The position numbers and the translations under genes are program-made. Under the pieces are notes generated by a model. It saw only the letters and a program-made list of their open reading frames with translations, was not told the origin of the DNA and ran no database searches. 64,000 nt of DNA from Octopus vulgaris (lineage: Eukaryota), in assembly GCA_951406725.2 (NCBI GenBank), contig OX597816.1, positions 97,526,001-97,590,000 of the forward strand, given 5' to 3'. Below, piece by piece: positions 25,560-41,015 of the stretch (position 1 is its first letter; each line of letters begins with the position of its first letter).

Positions 25560-26935
25560 TCTGTCTATACACGAAATTGACACGAAACCTAAAGATTCAT
25601 GTCAATAATGCGAGCCATATGCATTAAAGTTGTCGCATGGAAGAGAGCCATTACATACAAAAGCATCCTTCTCTGTGACTGGCGAGTCCTTATGAGATGG
25701 AAAATTAAGGTCTCTAATTGCTTAAATAAACTACTTAAAGTTCGAAAATAAACTTTGAGATCGAAAATAAACTGAGAATCTCCCAAGAAAAGGAGAGGGT
25801 AGAAAGAGAAATCAGGGTGGTTGAAATTATATAAATGAATCCTGAAATCTTCTAAAAGTTTGTGAAACAACCTGTCTCGGTTCGCTGCAAGATACAGGCC
25901 ACTATTTGAAGAAGACGATTCACTAAGTGCAAACCTTAGGAAGATAAGTGAAGTGCCAAATAAACGATTCCAAATGTCTTCACCTCTCCACTGGGGAATA
26001 TGCAAATAAGCAAGCTTCATGAGCTTTTCAAACCCGCAGATCTACGATAGACATAAAAAAGGAAGATGTAATGTCGGTCATTGATGAGATAAACTGGAAC
26101 GGGCTGGATATCCGACTATTCTATTACATATATTGAAGAAAGCTCTCGCGCAAACCACTGCATATACTTTTTCAGAATTTCATTGCATGTAATAAACTTC
26201 TGAAAATGTTAAAAGTAGGTATAATATGCTTTGTCCATAAAGGAAGAAGCAGAGTAAGTGCTAAAAATCACAAGCCTTTCTCTCTAACTGCACATTTTAG
26301 CAAGGCCATGGAAAGCATTTTCGGAAGGAGGCTGGTGCTGTCCCTGGAAGAAAATTATTTGCCGACGTAAACACAAAATGGATTCCCTCCACGATGGAGC
26401 TACCTCGCTAGCTACTACTGCATTATGTTTGGGTAGTGAAACAGCAACTCAATCGCTCAAATGTGGAGTTGGTATATCTCAACTCTGCCAAAACTTTTAA
26501 TAAAGTCGATCATGGGATGATATGGAAAAACTACGTGACCTAGGAGAGAGGTAGCATAACTTTTCAAAAGGCAGTTCGCTACGGAATCTCACAAGAAACA
26601 ATACTGACACCGCTACTGTTTGTGGTGGCTCTCTCAGAGATGCCTTCATCCACACAGTCAGTCACTCTCACTAACTACATAGGTGATCAAGTTCCCATCT
26701 GACATACTAAAGCTGCAAAAAGCCTAAATGCTATATACAACCGAGTGGATGAAAATATCATGCAGTTTAATGCTGAGAAGTTTCGAGCATTCAACTGTCT
26801 GTAAACAGACTAGAAGCGGAATATACAAGACCAGGTGCAAGTGTAATCTCAGAGTCAGTGTGTGACCTGAGAATTATGTAATATTCCAGGGGAATATTAC
26901 CAAGATTGCGACGCTGTGCAGGTGTTTAGCTAAAA
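25560..26935 (+). pseudogene. CR1-clade LINE ORF2 fragment
   Basis: Degenerate RT motifs YLNSAKTFNKVDH, GISQETILTPLLF and ENIMQFNAEKF. Confidence 0.75.
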
Positions 26936-26939
26936 GGAT

Positions 26940-27022
<83 letters not shown>

Positions 27023-27023
27023 G

Positions 27024-27054
<31 letters not shown>

Positions 27055-27061
27055 AATATAT

Positions 27062-27116
<55 letters not shown>

Positions 27117-27130
27117 CATATATTTATATA
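26940..27130. repeat. (CTAT)n + (TA)n microsatellite
   Basis: Directly visible. Confidence 0.96.
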
Positions 27131-27152
27131 CACACGCCTGCACAAGCATATA

Positions 27153-27700
27153 TCTCTTGTTATAAAAGGCAGATTTTATCTGCCTCCCTTTGTCAGTTAT
27201 AGAAATCTACAATATAGGATTTCTTCAATTACAATTTACCTAGCATTTTTAAGAGTAGAATGCATCGGGTTTTGCCAGGTCCGGTTTTTAAAATTTCAAC
27301 CCCAATTAAGCAAAATTTTGAGAAAACTCACATTCTGGTGTATATGTCAAATGTTTTTCTTAATGTGGGATACACCACACGCAAACGCACACACACACAA
27401 AGGGAGCGACTGTTTCACTGACGCTATCACCCTTCTCCTCCTTTGTCTTTGCAAGTTTGCAGCTATTAAAGTGAAAACAGTGAATCCGACAGCGATTAAG
27501 AAAATGAATTGGTACCTGAATGGAGTGAAAATTTAAAAACTGTTTCTTTCGGTGATTTTTCTGAAGAAACTGCACCAAGCCACAGACTTTCCCAGAAGAG
27601 TATAAAGCCTTAAACTATTTCTTTTTACTTTTTCGAATGAGCCTATTTGAAATCATTACGCTAAACGTAAACAAAGCGAAAGAAAGGATAGTTTGTTATT
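27153..27700 (+). mobile_element. Helitron-like 5' fragment
   Basis: A|TC start followed by TATAAAAGGCAG, like the 6536 terminus; 3' end not located. Confidence 0.35.
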
Positions 27701-28220
27701 TCCCACAACCTTAAATTAAATTAAGGCCTATTTTGCCATAAATATTATTATGGGTATCAGAAAGTTACCCAGAATAACAAATTCTATCGTAAAATTTTGT
27801 TGTATACCCAATTGAATATTAGCTAATAACCCATTTTCTATAGCAATGTTTGAACAAAATTTTAATAATTTTATATATTGTTGAATTTACCTGTATCTAC
27901 CTGCAATTAGAGTCACTTTGTGACAAAAATTATAGTGTAGAATTGGTTCAGAATATTTCATTAAATTATCTTCCAAAGATCAGATTAATATATTGATAAA
28001 TAAAAAAGTTATAGTTGTTTAATGAAACCAGACTAAATTTATGATTACGTTAGAAATTAATTGAAACACATAAGGGGTGTAATTTGGTCAGAAATATAGT
28101 AACGAAAGGGTTAAGAAAAACCAAAAAATATTTTATTCTTTATAAATGTTGTATTCAAAATAACATTTTCTTTTAAGAATGTGTATATAACAAAGTATGT
28201 GTATATAACTACGTGACATA

Positions 28221-28593
28221 TTTTTATATATAAGAGTGAAGTTGTGTGTCTGTCTCCTACGATTTAGATTCGTAACGACTCCCACATTTTGCGGTGCAGT
28301 GTAACCAAAACCGGGTATCTTATAGTCGTGATTCATATCGAGCCCTTCTGGGTATTAGCGCGCGTCTACGATGAGTCTACGATTTAAAAAAATTTACCAT
28401 CATATTTTTCCATTTTAATGCATTTCTTTTTGCTATTATGTAAGGGAAGTAACTCTCTAAAAATATCTACGATGTGTCAACGATTTAAAAAGAAATTTAC
28501 CTTCTTTTTCCTATTTTTTGGCTATAACTCTCTAAAAATGCTTATATAGTTATTTCCCTTACAAACCCGAGCAACGCCGGTCGATACTGCTAG
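28221..28593 (+). mobile_element. Non-autonomous Helitron, same family as 5008-5405
   Basis: Long near-identical blocks shared with 5008-5405; hairpin CCCGAGCAACGCCGG followed by CTAG|T at 28590-28594. Confidence 0.85.
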
Positions 28594-29990
28594 TATATAT
28601 ATAAAGTTATGTGAATATTTGTATGCTTGTGCGTATGTGACTGTGTGCCGCTTTGTGTGAGTGTGAGTGTGTGTGTGTGTGCCTACATGCGACGTGAGTA
28701 GGGTGTATATGCGTGCACCTTTATTTAAGTATTGCCTTCAGTGAATCTGCCTGTGATTAATTTTTTATGCAACGTTTACATTCTAGCATTATTCTACAAA
28801 GAAAAGAAAATCCTTTGCACAAAATGCAACTTAAATACAGGTTTTATAAGGAAATGTAATTAGCCATACATAGAACGAAAGCTATTGAGTTACATTTCCT
28901 CGTAGGGTACTTTTATGAAAACAGTGCATCAGTTTCTGGTTAGTTTAATAGCTTTGTAGAAAATATTTGCAAACGAGTAAAGTTACGTACAAAAAAAATT
29001 AGTGAGTTGTTATAGTGTTTGTTAATAATGGCAGGCAGATTATTTTATGAAAAATGTGATGCTTATGCACACAAGCATTTATACATATCGAAACTGCAAA
29101 TATGATCTGGAACTCGACCAACGAAAGAAAACTCCGAATGACCCATCCTTGTTTTTTTTTGTCCGTTTTTGTAACATCTGTCAGGAGGTTTTCTTGTCGC
29201 CAGTTTCGTTCTTGTCACATTTTTTGTATCCTTTTTTTACATACATATAGCGGCGTACGTGCACTTCGGTCTCCTATATGTAATTACACACACACACACA
29301 CACACACAAACACATATAAATTTTGTAGGACCGTCTTATTCTTTCATTCTTTCATTCTTTCTTTCTTTCTCTCTTTCTTTCTTTCATCCCCTTCACACTT
29401 CGTTCTTTCGCCCCCCCCTCTCTCCCATTTCCTGGCCTTCCCTTCATTCTCATCTCTCCTCCTCTTTCACTTCACTCTGTCCCTTTTCTTCTTTTCTCGT
29501 CCCTCCCTAATCTTCTGTCTCATTGCCTCTGCCTCCCTCATCTCCTACAACGTGACCGGTGTTCTACCAAGCCTGGCCTTTCTTTCTTGGTTTGACTACC
29601 ATCCGTGCAACATCTAGATTCATTTCCATGCCTGTCATCTCTTATGTCCCTGCCATAAGGCTTCATTTCCACACACTCCAGCTGAATTTAATTCGTCGTT
29701 AGTTTGTTTCCATTTGGATTTGTGTACTACTTCTGCGTTTCTTTGCGTCCTTATTTTTCGTATACATTCGCTGCTTTCTTCCAAGGAATCTAGTGAGCTT
29801 AGCATATGAGAGCAGTAGGTAAAATAATCTTTCACTTTAAGTTTGAAACGCGATCTGGTACGCAGTTAACCGAACCTTGTTGATTCATTATTTTTTTTAA
29901 GGTGGTAATAGGGACTTTAGCGCCTATATCTTGCAGTGTGTGGTGCGGCGTAAAGCCGATCCCTTGTTATAATTATATATATAATTATAA

Positions 29991-30031
<41 letters not shown>

Positions 30032-30635
30032 CATATATGGGATGTGAAAACAAGCTACAAACCACAGTCAATCAAATGGATCATAGAGGCGGAAGTTATG
30101 TTTTCTGAGAGATAGCACATTCTTCTTAGATCCGAGAACTCCACTACACTACTTAATTACAGATCCGAAATTTTTCGAAAATGCAAGCACATGGACAAGT
30201 TTCTGGTGTCGAAATGGAAGACACCACTCACTCCGGAGTGAGTAGCTATTTCTGAGACGTTGGCCGCCATCTCTATTACAATATTATACTCCAGCTAAAT
30301 TAGCTAGGATTTCTACAAAGTGGCTGAAGATCTTGTTCTTATATGTTTTTCTTCTTGTTCCACTCCTGGCAACAAGCTTCATTGCATCTTTTTCTTCTCG
30401 TTTATTCCCCGCATGTTTTCCTATACAATAGCGTCCTGATTCTTAAACTAGTCTAACGATATGCTCTGAGTCTGAAAGATTGGTTGGAAATACATGGAAT
30501 GTTGTATAAATCTGCCAAATTATCGTATCTTTAAAGTATGAAACTCACTAAGATTTTACGAAGCGTGAATCTTAACATATATATATATCTCCCTGGAGAT
30601 CCTACCTAATAACAAAACTATATGCATTATATGCA

Positions 30636-30673
<38 letters not shown>

Positions 30674-31739
30674 AAGAGAGAGAGAGAGAGGGGGGATGAG
30701 TGGGAGTGTATATTTTGTGTGTTTTGGAATTGAAGAAATTTCTTTTCAACTGTTGTTTTGATATATGATGGTTAGCTTCTGGCTTTACAAAGAATGAAAT
30801 CATTTACACGAAATGTACCTAAAATGTAGGTTATTTTGAAAGATTTAATCAGTTTCACCTGAAACGAAAAGCAATTGAAATACTTTCACAAATATGAACA
30901 TATAGCAAAATTGTTTTTAGGTATTGGCTGGTATAATATTTGTTAGTGCAAAATACTTCCAAACAGAGACAAACATGCAGAGAAAAATATCTTTTGTTTT
31001 CAATTCTAAAACGTTTGTTAATAATGGATGACAGATCATTTTGTAAAATGATGGGAAGTGTTTCACAGCGAGAGCTGTACTACTTCATATATTGAAGTTA
31101 TGATTATAATTATTGTGTGTTGCCTAGAAGCATTTAAACAACGAATATGTATGAGGATGTGATAAACAGTATGCTGAAACTTGACTTTCTTCTGATTGAT
31201 TTTTGAAATTTTATATTCACACAGTTTTTTCCTTTCATTATATCTTCATTTTGTATTCAGAACGTAAGGCTTCGAATTTATTTCGTTCAATAACAGAATA
31301 GAATCACTTTTTTCGAACGAGTGTCTCCGACGCTTAATTCTTTTGCAAAGTTAGTTCAAATTTTATTATAGTAAGCGTTATCTATTACAGGAAATAAAAT
31401 CGAAGTAATTAAGGTGTCACTCTAGTTTTCCGTCTCGCTTGATACATCAGTCTATTATTACTGAAGTTCGTATGATGGCTCGATTTACACTCTCGTCACT
31501 CCGAGTATCTCTCTCTCCCTCTCTTTAGACTGTTTCAACGATGAAGGCACGGCTGTTTCTCAGTCGAGATGATTATACAGAATTACAAACACTTTCTCAT
31601 GCACATTAAAGCCCTTTACCATTTTAACGATCCCCATCATATTTTACATTGATCGAAATCTTTTTGTTACTAATCAGTAGTCCATTATTGTTGGAAAATT
31701 CTTTGAAATTGATGTTGCACTTAATATAGATATGACATT

Positions 31740-32138
31740 TAAGGCGGTGTGCTGACAGAAACGTTAGCATGCCGGACAAAATACTTAGCGGTGTTTAGTC
31801 TGTCTATTCGTCCTGAGTTCAAATTCCGCCGAGATCGACTTTGCCTTTCTTTAGGGGTCGATAAATTAAGTAGCAGTTGCGTACTGAAGTCAATCTAATC
31901 GACTGGCCCTCTCCTTCAAAATTTCAGACCTAGTGCCCAGAATAGAAAGGAATATCCTTAGCACGCCGGGCAAAATTCTTAGCAGTATATCGTCCGTCTT
32001 TACCTTTTAAGTGCAAATTCCTCGAGTTCGATTAGCCTTTCATTCTTTCAGGGTTGATAAGATAGTTGAGAACTGGGGTAGATGAAATCAATTTCCCCTT
32101 CCTCCGAAATTTCTGGCCTTTTACCAAAATTTGAAACA
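31740..32138 (+). mobile_element. Two tandem SINE family A copies (31740-31950, 31957-32138)
   Basis: Consensus match; the second copy is 5' truncated. Confidence 0.82.
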
Positions 32139-32529
32139 AGTATGAATATGCCATTTGATAGTGTATGGCACAAATCTGTCTACACAGCCCACATACGAGC
32201 ACTGTCTCACTCCACTCAAACATCGCTGCGCTGATTCAGATATTTCATATCTACTCTCCATCAACTCTGTTGTTTCTCTAAGACCAATTTTGCTACCTGC
32301 TCAGTTCTGTTTTTATTATATATGAACATTTTGTTACGTCAATCAACGTTTACTCCTGTTCATATATACTATTCTTCACCCATCTTAACCTTTACACTCC
32401 TATCTAGCATATATGTTCTAGCATCGTTATTACATGTCGCATCCATTTGTAGACTCTCCATCTAGGATTGTAGTATCTAAACGTGAGTAGTTTTGAAACG
32501 AATGTGCGCATAATTTTAATAAGACCGTT

Positions 32530-33300
32530 ATCAAGGGGCGGAAAAAATCTGTGGGTATCAGTTAGTCCTTTTAATGATGCATATTTTCAAATAACTTTTT
32601 TCCATTTCTCTGAAACCACTGAAAAGTTAAACTTATATACACCACCCCCAGATTTGTTTTAGAGAATATCATGAAGTTGATATGATAAAAATCAGGTGGG
32701 TGAACAAAAGGTGAACAAGTAGCTGTACCAATGATACATCTCCAACTTGCCTCCAAATGTATGCGAGAAAAGATTGATATATTTAAGTTCGGTTCAATTA
32801 GTAGGAGTATCGGGGGTTGCCAAATCGTTCTAATCATATATCTACGTCATAGATGAAACGGTTTGTTGATCTGCTCCACATCATTGGTGTTCGTTTTGTA
32901 AACGACATTTTTTCACCAAATGGACGCCAACGGAGAGATTCATTCGGACGCTTAGTTTTTGATTCCGTAATTATTTATTGCTGCCAAGTATACGGGAAGG
33001 ATTTTTCCCAATATTTTCAGTTAATTACAGTTGTTATCAAAGTACTGTTGTAGAGGTAAGATGTATTCATTTTATCAATATTTCCGTGCAGAATTTATTC
33101 TCAATATAAAATATTTTGGTTGATGGGTTTGTTAGAGACGAAGCAATAATTGAAATTATCCATAAGAAAGAATTGGTTCCATGGAAAATACCCTTGTGAG
33201 CATCGGCGAAAAAGGAAAGACAACTAGGCTGAACTTTGATTTGATATAGTGTGGGATTTCTCAAGCTATGATTCGACTAAAGAACCTTAGCGAACGATGC
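32530..33300 (-). pseudogene. Possible decayed DNA transposon ORF
   Basis: Weak remnants resembling a W..G..MPF..PMxW...TNH motif (PMMWSRSTNR); heavily degraded, family uncertain. Confidence 0.25.
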
Positions 33301-35439
33301 GAATACGGATGCAATAAACTTCTGTGACAATTTCATCTATTTGGTCGAATGACGGTAACTGTGCTATAAATTACTTCTGGATAATAACGCGTTGTTGCTG
33401 ATGAATCTCTCAGTATTGAGAACCGAACTCAGCTTTTTTTTCTATCGCTTAATACCACCGTTGTCTTTCTTTGTTGTTGAGACTATCCCAGATAAATTAA
33501 AATTCAAGCAAATAATGTAACCAAACCGGAAACTTACACTATTATGAAGGCTGAACTCATTTTCGAGTGGTACAATTGAAGATTAATATATTATCTGCAG
33601 CATTCCTGATGAATGTAAGAAGTGCGTTTGCATGTGTAAGAGACAAGTGGAAAGTTGTGAGAGTCGGGTGGTTGTGAGATGTGTGTATATGCAGAAACAA
33701 TTCTTGTGTGTTGAGGGTGGGTGTGAGTATTGTGTGGGGGAAGAAATGGGTAGTGTGGGAGAGTGTGAGATGGTATGTATGGGAGCGACGTGGAAGAAGG
33801 GGACAGAGAGAAACAGACAAAGAGGAGCAGTGAATATAGATGGAGCGCTTAGGGAAACGTTGCGACTGAAAGACGTTCCTCTGTGGAGGGAAGTGTTGGA
33901 GGGTGCAGGGTTTGTGGTCATTTACTATTAGTAATTTTTTTGGTTTAGTAATAATTTATTGCTGCTAAGCATCAGGGAGCGACGTTTGCAAATCTTTTTA
34001 GTTAATTACAGTTGTATTCATAGCACTGTCGTCTATAAATGTAATTATATCCGGGAGATCAGCAACACGTTGCCAAGCCGGATGTCGTCTGAGATGCATT
34101 GCTAACCTGTCAGCTAGTCGGCAGCAGGTTTGTCTGATTTAGATAAAATATATGTAAATGTACGTAATTGTTTTTTATATATATCAAATGTATAACTTTA
34201 ACAGTAGCTTCACTCGATTTTGTCATTGAAAGTCCATTGTAGAGTTCTAATCAGATTGCTTACTTTACATAGCATTGTCACAGAAGATCTAAGAAGTAGG
34301 TCTGCATTTCATTTAACGCATATAATTTGTGTTCAACTCAGTCACACACAGACTCATATTTACACACTCTCTCACCCACACACTCACACATACACACATA
34401 AACATACACACACACACACGCACACACACAAACACACACACATGCACTCATGCACATACACACACACATGCAGGCAGAGAATAGAACTTTGCACGCTTTC
34501 ATATATGTTTTAACAATATATTGCAATTTGTCCTGAGTGACTGATTCTCGAAACATCTTTTGACTTCATTAGCATTCCTACAGGAAATATGTGCACCAAT
34601 GACTTTTTTTTTTTTTTTTGCTTCTGATTTCTACAGAAACCAATATTTCTATAGAGTATTAATTACGGAAAAAGGAATAACTAAAATAAGCTGGAGAACT
34701 AACTTGCATCTTATTGCTTCATAAAAGAATAGAACGCGTGCTTAATAAAGATTCTTTTAATTCTAAATGAATCAAGTATTATATTTTTCCATTAGGGAAA
34801 ATTGCCGTTACTCTGTAACGAAGGTGCATGAAAATATCCTGTTTAGATCTGTGAAAAATCACTCCATTATTGTGTGACGTCACTAGCAATATAAGTGATA
34901 AGTGCATAACCGATAATCTTCAAACTTTAATCATAATGCATTATGACATTTCTATTATTGTGTAAACTAGTCAAAAACTGTCCTTGGATTGAGCTATAGC
35001 GAAAGTGAAATCAAACTGTTATCGTCCTTCTTTGTTCCAATGTAATCTTGTACTGCATTGTTTAACGTGCTCTTTCTTAAGTCGAAAGGGTAGGAGTAGA
35101 TTTATATCTGGTTACAGAATGTAGAAACCCGTGTCATCTACCTGTGCTGTAATTGTATCAGTTCGATTACCCTTTCGAAATAATCAAGTTGATCATGCTA
35201 ATTAAATAGTTATTATAATTAATGTTAGAAGCTTCAATGTGTGGAATAAACATTTCAGGTAAAAGTGTTCCTACGCGAGGTAATAGTTGAAGTATTTCTA
35301 ATAAATATCGCATCAAAGGTAAACATCTTTTGTGAACGCTTATTTCAATTCAGTAATGGTCGAAAGAACAGTATGATATATTAGAAAAACCAGGACCAAG
35401 AAACCCCCTATCACAGGTACATTGATCGATGCACGCTCT

Positions 35440-36600
35440 AAGCTGTGCTTGGACTATTCCAGACGGGAAATATAACTGAAACTAACAAGATTATTTGGGC
35501 TGTAGCTATAGTTGCTGCAGATAAAGTTGGATAACAAGCGGAACGTAGAGAACCATACTGGCGTAGACGAATTTGTGAGAAACAAAGTTAAAAATACATT
35601 TAGGATAAGTTGATAGGTTGAAAAAAGGGGAATTGCAGAATGACAGCATAAGAATAAAGCTAGAATGAACATAGACTAAGAGAGAAAGGGTATGATGTGA
35701 TATTGGAAGAAATGGAACAAAAAGTAGTAGCAATCAAAGCAAAACTGGAAAGATATGACTAAAGAACAAAAGAATTAAGGCAAAACATATTGCTTGAAGC
35801 AAATCCCAAAAAACAAGTTCAGGAACTAGATGGGCAATTATGAGTAACAATGAGGCCAGATGCAGAGGAATGCAGGGCATTCGGAGAGGGATCTGGGACC
35901 AACATGTGAGATATAATGATGACGCGGAATGCATGAAATCCAAAATGACATGAAAATAACTACCGAAATGATAAAAATGTAGTTAAGAAAATTCTCAAAT
36001 CGGGAGAGCACAGGACAACAGGGATGCAAGGTTATTGGATGAAGAACCTGAGAGGGCTCCATGAAAAGGTAGCGCAGCAGCTAGATGAGTGACGCAGGAA
36101 AGTGCAGTACCCAGCTGGATGACACAGCCAAAGACGTTATGTGTCAAAGATCCTGAAAACGTATCCACATTTCGAATTTTTGGAATTGAATTTCGACTTT
36201 TGAAATTCCGCTTATGTGGAAACTATTGTCTGGTACTTTAACATGTGAAGTGTATAAATATTTAGAAAAAAGTGGGCTCCTATCTATTGAACAGAAAGGG
36301 TGCGGAAAGAGGTGCTGGGAAACTAAAGATCAGCTGTTAATTGACGATCTAATGATCAGAAACTGCAAGTAAAGACACACAAACTTGAGCTTGGCATAGA
36401 TTTACTATCGTAAAGCTTATGATATGGTACTACACAGCTGGATAACAAGAAATGTATAGAGTAGTAGAAAACATGAGAAGCCTTATATAGAACAGTATGA
36501 AATGGATTTACATCAGGGAATCCAGTAATAGGAGAGGTGAAAATCAAGTGAGGAATCTTCAAGGGGACAGTGTATCCCCACTAATCTTTGTGCTCCTACA
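35440..36600 (+). pseudogene. R4/Dong-like non-LTR retrotransposon RT fragment
   Basis: PLMWKLLSG, EQKGC...TKDQLLID, IDLLS/KAYDMVLHSWI and GIFKGDSVSPLIFV remnants. Confidence 0.78.
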
Positions 36601-36799
36601 GAAGGCTTGACTGTTAGGGGCAGCAGTGATTTTCAGGAGAGTATTAAGCACTTGAAAGACTGCTGAAAACTTGTGGATACATAAGGTTACAGGTAGTAAC
36701 CCACAATCTACTTAAATCCTACCAGAAATATCACTGAACCTGAGACAAACCGAAATAATAACATTGTATGTGTGCTTGTTTGTGTGTACGGGTATGTGT

Positions 36800-36960
36800 T
36801 GGTTTCAAATTTTGTCACAAGTCTAGAATTTCGATTAAACTATTTCTGCACTGAACTGCTATTTATTTCATCAACAGTGAAAGGATGAAAGACAAAGTCT
36901 AACATGACAGAATTTTAAAATCAAAATTTTAAAACGGTCGAAATTCCGCTAAGCATCTCC
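36800..36960 (-). mobile_element. SINE family A copy, diverged
   Basis: GAAAGGATGAAAGACAAAGTC...CCGCTAAGCAT. Confidence 0.65.
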
Positions 36961-38810
36961 AATTTTCTGCAAATCCTCGAGAGATGAGATCAAATCTAGC
37001 TCAAATATCTTGTGCTGGCAGGTTATCTGTCATCTCTATTTTTGGACTATTAGTTTTAATTTCGAACTTAATGGCTCCAAAATGATTGTGTCCTTACAAC
37101 ATAATGTAGATGTCTATTCCTTGAACTTGCATGGATTACATTTTTAACATTCGAAATCCATCAAACGAATAACGGGATTAGGTGGGTTCATAATTTAGGT
37201 TGTAAGCCAGGACTAAGTGTTTTCGTATCAATTGACCTGTATAGTTTTCCATCTAGGTAGTATTCGTTTCCAAACTAAGGTGTCTATCTTCTAAGTCCCC
37301 TCATTGATTGGTGTCATTGGGTGGCATGATTTATTAAACTTAACTTTTTATTTTTATGCTCAGCTTTCTCCACCGACCTAGCGTGATGATGATTTATGCT
37401 TTTTATCTTATACTATTATAGTCATATGCTTTTATCGAATCAATTTCATAGATTGCAACCATATTTTTTGTAGTATCACTTTCATAGTTCCAGCCTTATT
37501 TGTTTTTCTTCAGTCTTGTTTACGCTTAATTTCACATTCATATGCTGCATACTCTTTTTCTCGCAACTGATCCGTTTTCGGTGAAATTCAATCCTGGCGT
37601 GCTGCTTTTCTCTCAGCTGTTCTCTTTCACTGGTCTTCCGTTTTCGGCTATTTTCACTGCCGGCATCAAATATTTCCCTTCACTGTTACTTTGTTTAACT
37701 TATTCTTTTAAAATGCTTTGGGCGTCCAAAGAAGGTTTCAAAATATAGTAGCTTATCTTTCTACGAACCATGGTAGAAATAAAAAAAAAAAACTTTAAAA
37801 TAATTTTTTATCTGATATTCGCATTTTAAATCTGTAATTTCTCTCTTTCGGTAACTATTTTCGAGTGTTTTAGAGCGGGCGTGCACACAGAAATACACTT
37901 ACAAGAGTTTACGTTATTGAAGTAAAAATAGAACCTGGAATTTTGGATGTATTTAACATAAATTGATTGCCCAATATTTTGCAGGTTTAAAATTAAAACA
38001 AGTTTTACTCAGACAGAATTTAGCTATATATAAAGCCATAGAATTGTTTAACTAAACAATAAAGCAAATCATGCAATGAAAATAAAAATAATGATAGAAG
38101 AAAATAATGGAAAAGTATTTCACATGATATTGATTTAAATTCAAAAACTAACTTTATAAAAATAGTAAAACATTTGCATAATATTAGTATAACACATTAG
38201 ATCAATAATGTTATTTACACTATCGATATCAATATATTTTTTATTCATACAAATTTAACATGAAAATTTCAAATATTTCCAGCCCCTATTAATATTTTCT
38301 AATAGTCTTAAAACTATTTATCGTCTTAAAAGTTTTCTACTTTTCGGAGAAATTTGTCTCTTTATCATTTTTTAACCTATAATATTTTTGAATGATTAAA
38401 TATCCTGTTTCGGAATAAACTAAAAGTTTTCTGTTCCTGCATATCCTAAAAATGTTATGCTTCATGAAAGATTTTCTCTTCTAAAAGCTATATATCTCTG
38501 TAAATAGGAGAGGGACATGGCAACGAAACATTATGAAGTTACCAGAAAAAAATCATCAAGTAGTATATCATATGCCGCAATAATTAGAATAATTAGAAGA
38601 ATATTTGAAAGGGCGGTGCATACAATTTGTGGTTCCTAGTGGAATAGACATAGAGCCTTTCTTTTTTTTTAGTTTACTAAGAGTCTATCTTAGATTTACT
38701 TTTGGACATGCTATCTGTAATAATTTGAGCGGACAAGTACCCACTCATGATAGCATTTACACTCCTGGCTACACACACACACGCGCGCGCGCGCAAACAC
38801 AAACACACAC

Positions 38811-38914
<104 letters not shown>

Positions 38915-38924
38915 GGAGCACTCC

Positions 38925-39088
38925 GTCGGTTCAGACGACGAGGGTCCCAGGTGGTGATACAGAGGTTCACAAAACTGGCCCTTTGAAATACAGGTACTAA
39001 TCATTTTTGCCAGCTGAGTGAATTGGAGTAACGTGAAATAAAGTGTCTTGCTTAAGTACTCAACGCGTCGCCGAGAATTGAACACATG
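38925..39088 (-). mobile_element. SINE family C-like fragment
   Basis: TCATTTTTGCCAGCTGAGTG...AACGTGAAAT shared with 52251-52290. Confidence 0.7.
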
Positions 39089-39720
39089 ATTTTAGTTATG
39101 GGATATATCTTGAAGAAAATAAGTCCGACTCCATGGTGGCTACTTTTTATTTTGGAGCAGAAGAAAGCAAGATTCCTGAAAATGATTGAATTCTTGTCTC
39201 GGTCTAATTCACAATGGAAATTATTGAAAAGGAACTTCCTTTTCATGGCTACTGTGATAATTAAGGAAAATGAGACTAATACAACTGACACCTAATACAA
39301 AGGCACAGACTCAATACTTAGGTTTCAGACATTTTCACCCATCCTATATCAACAGAAATATTAGAAATATCACTGTTAAGTTGACAAGACTTACAATGTC
39401 AATAGTTAGGATTTCAAGTAGAAGTGGGGAAAAAAAAAAACAAGCCAGCCAAAAATATTACTTCAAAAACATCCGATAGACAAAGTAAATATTGTTATAA
39501 ACAAGGCAACAGAAACACCAGACACTGAATTACGAAAAAAATCTTCGCTATGAGAGTTAAGACAAAATCATAAATATTCCATTAGTAGACATCCGTATTC
39601 TTAGATGTGGTGGCTGCATAATGCATTTGCAAAAAGCAAGTAGGAGATAGTGTTCAACACAGCGTTTATTCATGCTTGGGAAACGGTCGTTGTCTCATGG
39701 TAGGTACTCAGAGTCTATTA
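39085..39720 (+). pseudogene. Decayed Penelope-like RT thumb / EN fragment
   Basis: FTMEIIEKELPF and QYLGFRHFHPSYINRNI, cf. PLE FTME...LPFLD and QYL.F.S.HP...NI. Confidence 0.55.
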
Positions 39721-39905
39721 TCTAGGGATCTCATTCATGCTCATACATACATACGTACATACATACATGTATGCATATATACATACTGATGTATGTGTGT
39801 GTGAATGTTTGTATGTAGGCATGTATGTATGTATGAGTGCATGTGCAGAATTAGAGACGAGGACTGATGTGAAGATGAATAAGTATATGAGTATATACAC
39901 ATACG

Positions 39906-39965
<60 letters not shown>

Positions 39966-40544
39966 GAGAGAGAGAGATTCGCAGAATGAAAGAGAGAGAT
40001 AACGAGATAGTCTAAGCGCGTGCGTAAGAGCGCGTTTGAGGAAATATACGAGATAATGTTAATCTATAACATATTATATCAATAAATATCTTTTACTTTA
40101 TTCGAATTTCAATTTCAATTTGTCTTGTATAATTTATATATTTGAATAGCTTTAGATTATATTGGCCAAGAGATACCTTTTATTTGGCAATATTACAGTT
40201 TTCTTTCAGTTCGAAATAACAAAACGAATAAAAAAGAAGAGAAAGAAATCTTGTTGAAAAGCGAAAAGCAACAACAAAAAATAAAAGATCATACAGTCTA
40301 TGAGAAATATTACACCAACACCAAAACCAATATAGGACAATACCTTTGGAAAAGATTAGATAACAAACAGATAAACAATTTCTTGTACAATAAATGTGCA
40401 GAGAATTAATACAGTGATGCTGGAGTACACTTATGCCTAGGAGAAACATTAAAAGTTTAATGAAGAGTTCTGCCAGGTTGAAACCGTTTATTTGAAACAT
40501 ATCGGATGTTATGAAGCACTGCTACTACTACTACAACTACTACA

Positions 40545-40615
<71 letters not shown>

Positions 40616-40687
40616 TTCTGCTGCTGCTCTTGCTGCCGTTGTTGATGATGATGATGGTGTTGATGATGATGACGATGATGATGATGA

Positions 40688-40902
40688 TTTCATATTTTGG
40701 CACAATGTCAACAATTTCAGGGGATGGAATAAAACGGTTATATTGACCAATATTTTCAAACTGGTACTCATTTTATTGACCCCGAAAAGAAGAAAGGCCA
40801 AATCGACTTCGGCGGAATTTGAATTCAATACACAAAAAAGGACGAAATGTTGCTAAGGTTTTTCGCTCTGCATGTAAACAATTCTGCCAGCACGTCACCT
40901 TC
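40688..40902 (-). mobile_element. SINE family A copy inside a trinucleotide microsatellite
   Basis: Reverse complement of consensus, flanked by (CTA)n/(GAT)n. Confidence 0.78.
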
Positions 40903-40903
40903 A

Positions 40904-40946
<43 letters not shown>

Positions 40947-40965
40947 GATGATGATGATGGTGACG

Positions 40966-41015
<50 letters not shown>

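Noticed and set aside
25589-26020. 143-aa minus-strand ORF as a host gene
   Set aside because: Antisense to a decayed CR1 LINE; no recognisable domain.
40452-40495. UUAAUGAAGAG...GAAACCGUUUA hammerhead-like remnant
   Set aside because: Core and stem II are too degenerate to call as a feature.
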